DNA of 64,000 bases, taken from Octopus vulgaris (lineage: Eukaryota). Location: positions 67,952,001 through 68,016,000 of the forward strand of contig OX597825.1 of NCBI GenBank assembly GCA_951406725.2, in the 5' to 3' direction. The notes under the pieces are model-generated. The model was not told the DNA's origin, made no database searches, and was given only the letters and a program-made list of their open reading frames with translations. Positions 52,039 through 64,000 of the stretch are shown piece by piece. Position numbers and translations under genes: made by a program. Within the stretch, counting starts at the first letter, position 1; the number at the start of each line of letters is the position of its first letter.

Positions 52039-53879
52039 CACACACACATACACATATACACACATTTATATATGTGTGTGTGTGTGTGATCAGGTAGAGA
52101 GTGTATAGGTAGTTGTCAGGTTTTCATCAGGTGATTGACTAATAACATTAGGGATCTAATTCTTTAAATAATTCTGAACAGTTATGATTATTCCACTTAC
52201 CAGGAGAGTAGTAGATCAGGTGAGGGAGGGTGGAGGGGATGGGAAAGGGTTGAAAGAGGAAAGAGACAGAGAGAAAGAGAGAAAGTGTAAAAGAGAGAGA
52301 GAGAGAGAGATTGGAGAGGATGTGAGACAGGAAGACAGAAAAAAAGTGAGAGTTCGGAGGGAATAAAAGACAGGGAGAGAAAATAGAAGGATGAAAGAAA
52401 AGAATGTAAGACAATATGAGAGGGGAGAGGTTGAGGAAGAGTAGAGGGAGAATGCACAGAGGGGGAGAGGGGGGAAGAAAGAAAGAAAGAAAGAAAGAGA
52501 GAAAGAAAGAAAAGAAGAAGGCTGAACTGCCAGGAAATTGGTGTTTGGGTTGGCTAAGTTTGGCTTCATAGTACAAAAAGCTTACATCAAATGATTAACA
52601 AATTGATTTGTTAATCAATTTATATACTAACATTTATGTAATAATTATCTCATTAATTATTATAGTGAAACAATAATTTATTCAGTCTTTCCCTATCAAT
52701 TCTTATTTTTTTACAGTTTTATTTTTTCAATTTCGTAATATTGGTTTCAAATTTTGGCACAAGGCCAGCAATTTCGGGTGGTGGTGGTGGTGGTGGGAAT
52801 AAGTCAAATCGACCCCAGTGCTCAACTGGTACTTATTTTATTGACCCCTAAAGGATGAAAGGCAAAGTCAACTCCAGCAGCATTTGAACCCAGAATGTAA
52901 AGACAAATGAAATGGTGGTGGCGGTGGTGGTGGCGGCGGCAGTTGTGGCAATGGAGGAGTTGGTTGTGGCGGCAGCGGTGGCAACAGTGGTAGTGGTGTG
53001 GTGGCGGGGGTGTGATATTAGTGGTGTGGTAGGAGTGGCAGTAGTGGTGTGGTAGTGGTGCTGGAAGTGGTGGTGGTGGTGGTGGTGGTGGTGGCGGCGG
53101 CGGCGGTGGTGGTGGTGGTGGTGGTGGTGGCTATGGTGGTTGTCGTCGTCATCGTGGTGGTGGTGGTGGAGGAGGAGGAGGAGGGGAGGTGGAGGAGGAA
53201 GTGATGGCAGTGGTGGTGGTTGTTGTTGTTGTTGTTGTTGTGGTGGTGGTGGTGGTGCTGCCACTGCTGCTACTGGCCATGATTGTCAGCTAAGTACAGA
53301 ACTCTTTTACGGTTCCCAGCTGGAGCTTTAATAAGCTTGAACATCTTGCTTATGTCTCTCAAGTCAAAAGGACCTTCTATACTGAACAGTTTTATTTTTA
53401 TTTTATTTTATTGTTATTCTTTTTTATCAGTTAGTCAGAGAAGGACTGGGTATTCTACCTTTGACAGTTTTCAGGACCTCCAAAATTCAGATAAGAAAGG
53501 GTTGAGGAAGAGATCCTCAAAATCAGACAGAAACCTGACTTGAATGATTGCAACAGAGTGGGATTCACTGAAGCCTTCCTGGGCCAGGTGATGGTGTGAA
53601 ATGAGATGACAGTTCACAAAGAGTCTCTCCAGGACCTATGAGAGGGGTTCAGTTTGTACATCAAGCCAGGGTTCAGCGAGTACATCAAGCCAAGAACGGG
53701 GCTGTGAATAGCTAACAAGTACCCTCTCCTTTAAAAAAAAAAGAAAAAGAAAGAAAACCTCACAATTCCTTGGGATTTTGAGAGGAAATTAGGAAAGTTC
53801 CCTATCCTTTATATTTTATTTAATGATATAATTATATACAATTGTTGTGTATGTTACTCTTTTAAAAATTTAGAATAAG

Positions 53880-54650
53880 TGGGAAAAGAAAATATCGTCA
53901 ATACTTGAGTATATATTTGAAATATGGATTTATTCCATCTATAAATAATGAGCAATTACCATTATGCTTAATATGTGAAAAAACATTCTCAAATGAGGCA
54001 ATGAAGCTTTCAAGAATGATTGAACATTTACAAAAAATGCATCCACATAAGCCAGAAAAGATGAGGAATACCTATTTCTTTACTACCCACAAGGGGCTAA
54101 ACACAGAGAGGACAAACAAGGACAGACAGACGAATTAAGTCGATTATATCGACCCCAGTGCGTAACTGGTACTTAATTTATCAACCCCGAAAAAGATGAA
54201 AGGCAAAGTCGACCTCGGCAGAATTTGAACTCAAAATGTAACAGCAGAAGAAATACTGCTGAGCATGTCGCCCGGCATGCTAATGATTCTGCCAGCTTGC
54301 CACCTTTAGAAAAGATGAAGACTACTTTCACCAAATGGAAAATGATTTTAAAAACTGTCTTACTCTCAAATGGTTATTTACCAAACAAACTAAGTGAATA
54401 GAGAAAGAGGTGGTTATGTCTTATAAACTTTCAAAATTAATTGTGAAATGTGGAAAACTACTTACTATTGGTGAAACACTTCTCTTACCAGCTATAAATG
54501 GAGTTTGGAATGCTGCAATTTGCTCGGGTAAAAGTGCTAAGATAGCATAAATTCCACTCAGTAAATAGTACAGTAGCAACAAGAATTGGTGACATGGTGA
54601 AAGATGTGGAAAGTAAACTATTAAACAGTTGGAAAAAAATATTATTTCCA
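53880..54650 (+). mobile_element. hAT (Buster/Charlie, ZBED5/SCAND3-like) transposase relic interrupted by a SINE
   Basis: YLKYGF...PLCLICEKTFSNEAMKLSRMIEHLQKMH (BED finger) and SYKLSKLIVKCGK..TIGETLLLPA...IPLS; SINE at 54066-54307 with TSD agaaaagatga. Confidence 0.85.
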
Positions 54651-55718
54651 ATGAGTGGAAGATGGCAAAGATAACGTTATAAGAAAATTCACCCTACATT
54701 TAGTTGACAATTCTTAAGCAGCATTGGGTAATTTTTTTGTGACAAGGACACTAATGAGGTTGCCAGGTAACTTACAAGACAAGAAAAGAAAAGGGAAAAG
54801 TCCCCTTGACTTTGCAAGAACAGCCGGTGGCTTTATGCCAGGTGTTAAGAGACAAAGGGCTATTAGGGGGATAAGCATGGGTCTTTTGCAATAGAGGATA
54901 TACATGGCTACCCTGCCTTATATAGGGGTTGGTGGTGGTAGCTGAAAAGAAGATAGATATAGTGTAAAGAAGAACCAGAGGCGAACTCTCAAGGTACAAG
55001 AAGGTGAGTATAAGAGAGAATATGAGCAGTGGATGAAAGGTGGAGTTTAGGGAAGGAACAATTTTCTGTGTTAGAGGAGAGTAATAGATATTTAGAGATG
55101 GGGATAGATGAGAACATAGTGAGTTATGAACACAGGTAAAGGTATATTTGATGGGAAATATCAGTATGGGGGAGAGATAGGAGGAAGTGAGATAAAATAT
55201 GAACAAAAGTTTCAAAATAATATTAACAACAGTAAAGAAATCCTGATAGAAATATCAAAGTTAACATTAGTCAATATTTATAGCACTTCCAAAGAACTCT
55301 GGATCCATGGATTATTTATTGTATAGAATAATAAATCTTGTTATGTATTGTTCTACTGAAATAAACATGTTGACAGTAAGAAAAAAAAAAGAGGTAGAGA
55401 GAGAGAGAGAGAGAAACAGGCTTAAACCAAAAATTTTATATAGCGTAGATTTGTTGAGAGTCATTGTACAAGTAGCAACAACCTTTATTTCTTGAAAATA
55501 TTCCCTTTGTGAGCTCATAAAGACACATACTTATGCTTTATAAACATATAGTTTTGTTATATTGTGGAAAATATGAAATAGATTAAGATCAAATATTTAA
55601 ACTCTTAAACGCTTTTATTGTCATATTTCTTTTGAAATACTGTATCTTTGTTTCAATTAATTTTGAAAAATAATGAAGAATTTGGTTAAATAACCATGTC
55701 ATTGTTAAGATGGAAGGG

Positions 55719-56285
55719 AAGGCGGCAAGCTGGCAGAAACGTTAGCACGCCGGGCGAAATGCTTAGCAGTATTTTGTCTGCCACTATGTTCTGAGTTCAA
55801 ATTCTGCCGAGGTCGACAGTGTCTTTCATCCTTTCGGGGTCGATTAAATAAGTACCAGTTACACACTGGGGTCGATATGATTGACTTAATCTGTCTGTCT
55901 GTCCTTGTTTGTCCCCTCTGTGTTTAGCCCCTTGTGGGTAGTAAAGAAATAGGTATTTTGTCTGCCACTATGTTCTTACGCACTGGGGTCGATATAATCG
56001 ACTTAATCCGTCTGTCTGTCCTTATTTGTCTCCTCTGTGTTTAGCCCCTTGTGGGTAGTAAAGAAATAGGGAAGGCGGCGAGCTGGCAGAATTGTTGGCA
56101 TGCCAGAAGAAATGCTTAGCAGTATTTCACCTGCTGCAACATTCTGAGTTCTAATTCTGCCAAGGTCGACTTTGCCTTTCATCCTTTCGGGGTCAATAAA
56201 TTAAGTACCAGTGAAACACTGGAGTCAATGTAATCGACTTATCCCCTCCTCCAAAATGGCTGCCCTTGTAGAAAAATTTGAAATC
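55719..56285 (+). mobile_element. SINE family 2 cluster
   Basis: Two heads and a partial tandem body. Confidence 0.8.
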
Positions 56286-58800
56286 ATTATTAAGATGGAA
56301 GATTTTAATTTGGATCACTTTAAGTGTTTAGCATTCGCATTATTCTGTCAAATGTAATGCTTATTTATTCACATTGGTTTTAATTATCATGTATAGTCAC
56401 ACAGCCTCGAGATTTTGATGGTGTCTTTGTCTATTTTTAGAATGATATTGCAGGTCAGATCAGGTCAGTTTGAACATAAAACAAGTAGATTATTTGGGCT
56501 GGTGCAGGAACATGAAACCCTGAGTAACATCTTTTGTTATATTTCTGCTGCTTTTAAATAAAGGCTGTGTGGTAAGTAGCTTGTTTACCAACCACATGGT
56601 TCCGGGTTCAGTCCCACTGCATGGCACCTTGGGCAAGCGTCTTCTACTATAGCCTCGGGCCGACCAAAGCCTTGTGAGTGGATTTGGTAGACGGAAACTG
56701 AAAGAAGCCCGTCGTATATATGTATATATGTGTATATGTGCGTGTATGTTTGTGTGTCTGTGTTTGTCCCCTTAGCATTGATTGACAACCGATACTGGTG
56801 TGTTTATGTCCCCGTTACTTAGTGGTTCAGCAAAAGAGACCGATAGAATAAGTACTGGGCTTACAAAGAATAAGTCCCGGGGTCGAGTTGCTCGATTAAA
56901 GGCAGTGCACCAGCATGGCCACAGTCAAAATGACTGAAACAAGTAAAAAGAGAAAAAGAGAGAGAAAAGAGAATACACACATTACACACACATACATATA
57001 TATATATATGTGTGTGTATATATGAATTAAGTGATGAGCTAGTTACTATATTTACTCTGGGTTCTCCCTAAAAGCAAATGAGAAATTTGAAGATTTTTTT
57101 ACAAATCAATGACATATTTTTTAATCACCAAAATATATTCAGTCATCTTATGGTTAGCAAATTTTATTTATTTAATTCCTAGAATAAAAAATACCAAAAA
57201 TGAGATGAAATGCAAGCACAAACATCAAATAACCCTCTCTACTGAACTATTTCAGCATCTCCTTACCACATGACAGCTACTAAAACATGGCTATGAAACA
57301 AATAGTTATAAAAATTGCAGCAAAGTATATTTTTATTATATAAAACTCACTTGAAATCCCTCAGCATATGAGCTACATGTATGAATTTATTGAAATTTCA
57401 TTAACTGAAATTGATTTTCTTCATAATAATTCCGTTCTTGCAGTATCACGATATAATTTGGTTGTAATTTGCGATCAATTTTAATATTACATATTCTAGA
57501 AACAAAGATGGCTGACTTTTGGAATAACTTTCACTACCTCATGAAGCAAGGAATTGTGGGGGGCAAAAATATATTTTTATAAAACTTGAAATTTTTTGGT
57601 AAAAATAAAATTTTCTAACAGAATCATATTATAATTCTTGCATGAATCAGTGGGTTATCATCATCATCCTCATCATTATCATCCTCCTTCTCCTCCTCCT
57701 CCTCCTCCTCCTCCTCCTCCTCCTCATCATCATCATCATCATCATTTAATGCCTGCTTTCCATGTTGGCATGGGTTGGATGGTTTGACCAGATTCATTGA
57801 GGCACCGGGCTGTATTATGCCTCGTGTTTGCTTTGGCATGGTTTATACATCTGGATGTCCTCCCTAATGCTAACCACTTTACAGTGTGTATTAAGCACTT
57901 TTAATATGCCACCAGCATTAGTGGGGTTGCCAGGTAACTTGCAAGACAGGCAAGAACAAGAAAAGGAGAATAAGGGGGAACAGGAAAAGCCCTCTTCATT
58001 AAGTATTTGTGAAACTGAAGAGGTTATTTTATGCCAGGGATAAGCAGAGACGACCAGGGGTAGAGGCGTCTTGTTATAGAGAAGATATATAGCTACCCTG
58101 CATTTATATAAGGGTGGATGAGAGAATCTGGGAAATGGGTAAAATGGTAGTGATGGGGTGCCAGAGCAAAAGCCCCAAGAAGCAAGAAATGATAAAGGCA
58201 CAGGTTCAACAGGTAGGGAGGCAGTTAAGAATACTATAAAAAAAAAGGAAAAAGAATCTCACCCAATTCCTTGCTCTTTTCTCTCCCAATGTGATAGAAA
58301 CAGTTATTCTGAAAGTCTGCCATAAGGATTAGGTTATGATTATTTTTGAGTAACAATAGTCATGCCAGGATGAAGGATCAGCATGGTAGCACACAAAACA
58401 TACACTGTAACCACCAATATATCACTGGTACTAAAATGGTAGAATAAAAAGGACTAAAAGGAGCGGAAAATACAAGAAACTGAAATGGAACTGAGAAACT
58501 GAAACGATACAAGACACTGAAGCAAGGAGACGTATAACCAAATGTAAATCTTGTTAAATGTTGTCACTGAAATACCTTTAATCATGTAAACTACATCAAT
58601 GAAACCAACTAAAACAACAATAGCAACTACAACAACAATAATTACAACAATAGATATACTGACAAACAGAGCAATTCAGGCTATGGTTATGATGACAAAG
58701 GGTTGACATAGCATTTCTTATTTAATAAATAACAAAGGAAGAGATGCAGAGCTTGAATTTGATTCCTCATTCGGATTAGCATCATCATCAACAGCATTGT

Positions 58801-59262
58801 TTAACTCTTTAGCATTTAAACTGACCATATCCGGCCAAAATATTCAGCCCTGTTTTATCTTCAAACTGGCCAGATCTGGTCTCTCACGCTTCCTTTACAA
58901 TGTCATTCTAAAAATAAACGGTCACATCATTGAAAATATCAAGGCTACAAGAGTCAATGTGAATAAATACCTATTTCTTTACAACCCACAGGGGGCTAAA
59001 CACAGAAGGGACAAACAAGGACAGACAAACGGATTAAGTCATTTATATCGACCCCAGTGCGTAACTGGTACGTATTTAATCAACTCCGAAAGGATGAAAG
59101 GCAAAGTCGACCTTGGCGGAATTTGAACTCAGAATGTAGCGGCAGACGAAATACCGTTAAGCATTTCGCCCAGCGTGCTAACGTTTCTGACACCTCACCA
59201 CCTTTCAATGTGAATAAATAAGCATTACATTTGACAGGGTAATCTGAATTCTAAAGGGTTAA
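58801..59262. mobile_element. TTAA-flanked piggyBac-type MITE with nested SINE
   Basis: ttaa|ctctttagcatt...ttctaaaggg|ttaa; nested family-2 SINE bounded by TSD tcaatgtgaataaata; relatives near 3072-3290, 39590-39838 and 56320-56500. Confidence 0.7.
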
Positions 59263-62082
59263 CAAGAAAATAACTCACCAACCTCACAATAACATACACA
59301 ATATCACTATTTACCAAAACTTAACAACTCCATTCTTCGTAAGCCGATGAAGGAGTCTCCATGTTGTTGGTTGACCTGCTGGAAATAGCAACCATATCCA
59401 CTTCAATTCACACCCTACCATCTTGGCCATTGTAGCCCTGAGAATCAGACCCAGATGTTTCATGAACCCTCATGACTCATAAGGGCCAGAACTTAACATC
59501 AAATAACCCTCGCTTTGGAACTATTTCAGCGTCTCCTTACCACATGACAGCTACTAAAACATGGCTATGAAACAAATAGTTATAAAAATTGCAGCAATGT
59601 ATATCTTTGAAATTCCCCAGCATATGAGCTACATGTATGAAATTATTGAAAATTCATTAACTGAGTTACAATGGCTCAGAAGTGATTGGATTCAAATTTT
59701 AGCACAAGGCTAGCAATTTTGGGGGAGAGGTAAATTGATCACATCGACCCCAGTAGTCAACTGGTACTTATTTTATTAACACCAAAAGGGATGAAAGGCA
59801 AAGTCGACTTCAACGGAATTTGAACTCAGAACATGCAGACGGACAAAATGTCACTAAGAATTTTGCCCAGCATACTAACAATTCTGCCAGCTCACCACCT
59901 CAAATGGTACGCAGTAATTGAGAACACAACACTCACACCCCACTTTGCATGAAACGCCAGTCCATTACAAGACGAACTTCCAAATTATTTCTAGAACTCA
60001 TTTTACAGCTGAATGGACTGGGGCAACGTGAAAGGAAGTGTTTTACCCAAGAACTCAATGCACTGCCCATTCCAGGAATCGAAACCACAATCCTACAATT
60101 GCAAGTGAAACACCCTAACCACTAAGCCATACGCTTTTCCTGTGATATCTATGCTATAGATAATTGAAGGTGAAAATAATAAATTAACGATTATTGGTAT
60201 TAGTAGAATAATTTCTACATCAAAAGTTAAGAAAATTACAGCTAATACTCTTTACACTTTTACTCTTTTACTTGTTTCAGTCATTTGACTGTGGCCATGC
60301 TGGAGCACCGCCTTTAGTCGAACAAATCGACCCCAGGACTTATTCTTTGTAAGCCTAGTACTTATTCTATAGGTCTCTTTTGCCAAACTGCTAAGTTACA
60401 GGGACATAAACACACCAGCATCGTTTGTCAAGCGATGTTGTGGGGGACAAACACAGACACACATACATATATGTTGCCAGCATCGCCTGGCCCCGTGCCG
60501 GTGACACGTAAAAGCACCATCCGTTCGTGGCCGTTTGCCAGCTCTGTCTGGCACCTGTGCAGGTGGCACGTAAAAAACACCCACTACACTCTCGGAGTGG
60601 TTGGCGTTAGGAAGGGCATCCAGCCGTAGAAACACTGCCAGATCTGACTGGGCCTGACGAAGCCTTCCCGCTTCACAGACCCCAGTTGACCCGTCCAACC
60701 CATGCTAGCATGGAAAGCGGACGCTAAATGATGATGATGATGATATATGTATATATACATATATACGACGGGCTTCTTTGAGTTTCCATCAACCAAATCC
60801 ACTCACAAGGCTTTGGTCGGCTCAAGGCTATAGTAGAAGATACTTGTCCAAGGTGCCACACAGTGGGACTGGATGCGGAACCATGTGGTTCATAAGCAAG
60901 CTACTTACCACACAGCCACTCCTATGCCTAATAGAAAAAAATCGTATGGAAAAAGGGGAGCGAATATATCATGAAGGGTCAAATCCACATTCAAACGGGG
61001 AAATTTTTCACGGTTTTTGTTACTTTTGAATATAATTAATGAGCTAATAATAAATAGAATAATTTTAAGAAAATTAAGGAAAAGAGAAAAGAAAAAGGAA
61101 GAATACATAAGTATAGAAGATAAAAATTTCTTATAATTTATAGCATCAATATAATCTGTAAAAAAAATAAAGACCACCTTTGGACATCAATGACCATAGG
61201 ATTGCACCTAGAAAGTTCCTCTCTGGGGCCCAAGTCCAGGCAAGTTTGTTTGTTAAAGACCAGCTGTCACCCGTGCAAACCAGCCTCCTCTCTCCATACC
61301 ACTGATGTTATTGAAGAGAAAGGCAAAAGCCGATATAGTTTGGCACCGGTGATGTGGCGATTCATTTCTACAACTGAGTGAACTGGAGAAATGTGAGATA
61401 AAGTGTCTTGCTCAAGAACACAACACACAGCCCGGTCAAGGAATCAAACTCACTACCACATGTTTGTGAGCCTGACACTCTAACCACTGAGCTATGTGCC
61501 TTCACATAGCAATCTGTATTCTTTTATTTGTTTCAGAGATTTGACTGCAGCCATGTTTGGGCACCATCTTATAGGGTTTTAGGTGTTTTAGTCGAAGAAA
61601 TCGACCACAAGGCTTATTCTTTGTAAGCCTAGTACAGACACAAAGACACACACAAATACATATACACACACATATACATATGCAACAGGCTTCTTTCAGT
61701 TTCCGTCTACCAAATCCACTCAAGACATTGGTCAGCCTGAGGCTACAGTATAAGAAACTTGCCCAAGGTGTCAATCAGTGGAATTGAACCCAGTACCATC
61801 TTAAAGGGTTTTAGTCGAAGAAATCGACCACAAGGCTTATTCTTTGTTTTAATTGGTCTCTTTTGACGAACCACTAAGTTACGGGGATATAATCACACCA
61901 ACATTGGTTGTTAAGCAATGGTGAGGGGACAAACACAGACACAAAGACACACACAAATACAAACACACACATATACATATGCAACAGGCTTCTCTCAGTT
62001 TCTCAAACTAATACACCTGCTTGCTGTTCATACCCTTGTCTTCGTCTCTTGTTTTTCTGTAAATTTCAATTATGTGTAAATG

Positions 62083-62134
<52 letters not shown>

Positions 62135-63470
62135 TATGGCTGTGTGGTAGGAACCTGGCTTTCCAACCACATGGTTCCAGATTCAATACCACCGCATGGC
62201 ACCTTTGGCAAGTGTCTTCTACTATAGCCTTGGGCCAATCAAAGCCTTATGAGTGGATTTGGTAAACGGAAACTGAAAGAAGCCTGTCATGTGAGTGTGT
62301 GTGTGAGTATCTATGTGTACGTGTCATTGTGTCTTTGTTTGCCCCCCATCACCACTTGACTGCCGGTGTTGGTGTGTTTACATCCCGATAACTTAGCATT
62401 TCAGGAAAAGTGACTGAAAAAATAAGTACTAGGCTTAAAAAATAATTCCTATAATTGATTCATTCGACTAAAACTCTTTAAGGTGGTGCTCCAGCATGGC
62501 CACAGTAAAAAAAAACTGAAGCAAGTAAAAGAGCAGAAGAATGTGTGTGTGTGTGTGTGAGTGTGTGTATCTCTCAAGACTTTAGTCAGCCCGAGGCTAC
62601 AGTATAAGAAACTTGCCCAAGGTGCCAATCAGTGGAATTGAACCCAGAACCATTTGGTTGGGAAGCAAGCTTCTTACCACACAACCATGTCTACCCTACT
62701 TAATATGAATGAACTTCAAGAATGCCATATTACTGTGATATTTACCCTGTGGAAACATCTCATATAGATGTATACTTTCATATTTAGAAGAAATTTTGTA
62801 TTATAATTTTGTTGTTGATTAGTGCAAATTAATTTTTGTCTTGATTGAGGCATTCCAGCCTGGACAATCCAGACTTTTACCAAGGCAGAGTGCAGCCTGG
62901 AGCATCATAAACAAAAGTATTCTTCCAAACTACTCAAGCCTATAGAACATTCAATTTAAGGGAAATTTGGCTGCTATTTCTAGCAGACAAGGCAACTGGG
63001 TAGGACCTCCTTGGATAGCTTGCATTATAGAAAATATACATGGAGATGTACTCCCAATTTTTTTGTAACAGCTTTTTCTCCTTCATAAACAAAGAAGACT
63101 AAATCAAACAGAAGAATCAATAAGTGTTACTAAAGTAAGCAAAAATTATATATATACTTTGATGGTTCTCTGAAATAGGTCAATATCTATAATATATAGT
63201 GTGTAATAATGTAATATCTAAAACCATTGATAAGATTTAAAGCTAAAAGCTTTCGGAAAACCGTGCAGGAGTATTGAACTATCTTGCTGTTACATAATTA
63301 TGCTCACAAAGGCAACATTACATACACACACACACACACACACACACATACACACACACACACATATACATGCAGATGTATGCACACACACACACAAACA
63401 CTTATACTATGAGTATGCATAGATATGTGATATACGTGTGTGTACGTACTGATATATGTATATGTGTGTG

Positions 63471-63532
<62 letters not shown>

Positions 63533-63599
63533 GGGTTGATTCGGGGTTAACCACAGTAAGTAAGGTACTCAATACATAGCAGAGTAAAATTAATTTATT

Positions 63600-63705
63600 A
63601 TATAGAAGGAGCTTATACAGATAACTGTTTCATTCAAGAGAAATCTTCAGGAAGATTTCCTGAAGATTTCTCTTAAATGAAACAGTACTAGTCCTGTATA
63701 ACTCC

Positions 63706-63713
<8 letters not shown>
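63600..63713. repeat. Fold-back with two divergent hammerhead-like cores
   Basis: Arms 63600-63653 and 63657-63713; plus arm CTGAAGA...GAAACAGTACTAGTC. Confidence 0.75.
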
Positions 63714-63769
<56 letters not shown>

Positions 63770-63846
63770 TTATATGTAAAGGTTATGATAATGTTGCTGA
63801 TGATGATAATGATGATATATATATATAAATATACATATATATATAT

Positions 63847-63887
<41 letters not shown>

Positions 63888-63904
63888 TGTATATGTGTGT
63901 GTGC

Positions 63905-63943
<39 letters not shown>

Positions 63944-64000
63944 CCATGTTGGACTGCTGAACTCTACAAGTTTTTTCATTCTCTCTCTGTTTATTTTCTC

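Noticed and set aside
53290-53385. Minus-strand peptide IEGPFDLRDISKMFKLIKAPAGNRKRVL as an upstream arrestin exon
   Set aside because: Purine-rich acceptor, weak donor, no recognisable arrestin motif.

Overview
AT-rich, repeat-saturated animal genomic DNA. The SINE, LINE and microsatellite content looks like an octopus (inference from the recurring repeat families; not verifiable here). One protein-coding gene can be reconstructed: a minus-strand alpha-arrestin (arrestin domain-containing, ARRDC-like). It has four well-supported exons (32070-32317, 18488-18676, 4097-4273, 1444-1546) and two probable upstream exons (41335-41451, 38822-38873), all with compatible GT-AG phases. Its 5' and 3' ends were not found. 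Nearly all other ORFs in the track are microsatellite or SINE artefacts. The introns contain tRNA-type SINEs, RTE and R4/Dong LINE pieces, mariner, hAT and piggyBac relics, MITEs, Helitrons and an LTR+PBS fragment. The most unexpected signal is a set of type-I hammerhead ribozyme motifs. Three sit in homologous, diverged units resembling non-LTR retrozymes; two of these have a ~350-nt period with partial direct repeats. Others sit in Penelope-like fragments and in long fold-back palindromes within TA/CA microsatellites. Also notable: a triplicated splice acceptor before one arrestin exon, and a compound Helitron carrying a piggyBac transposase fragment.
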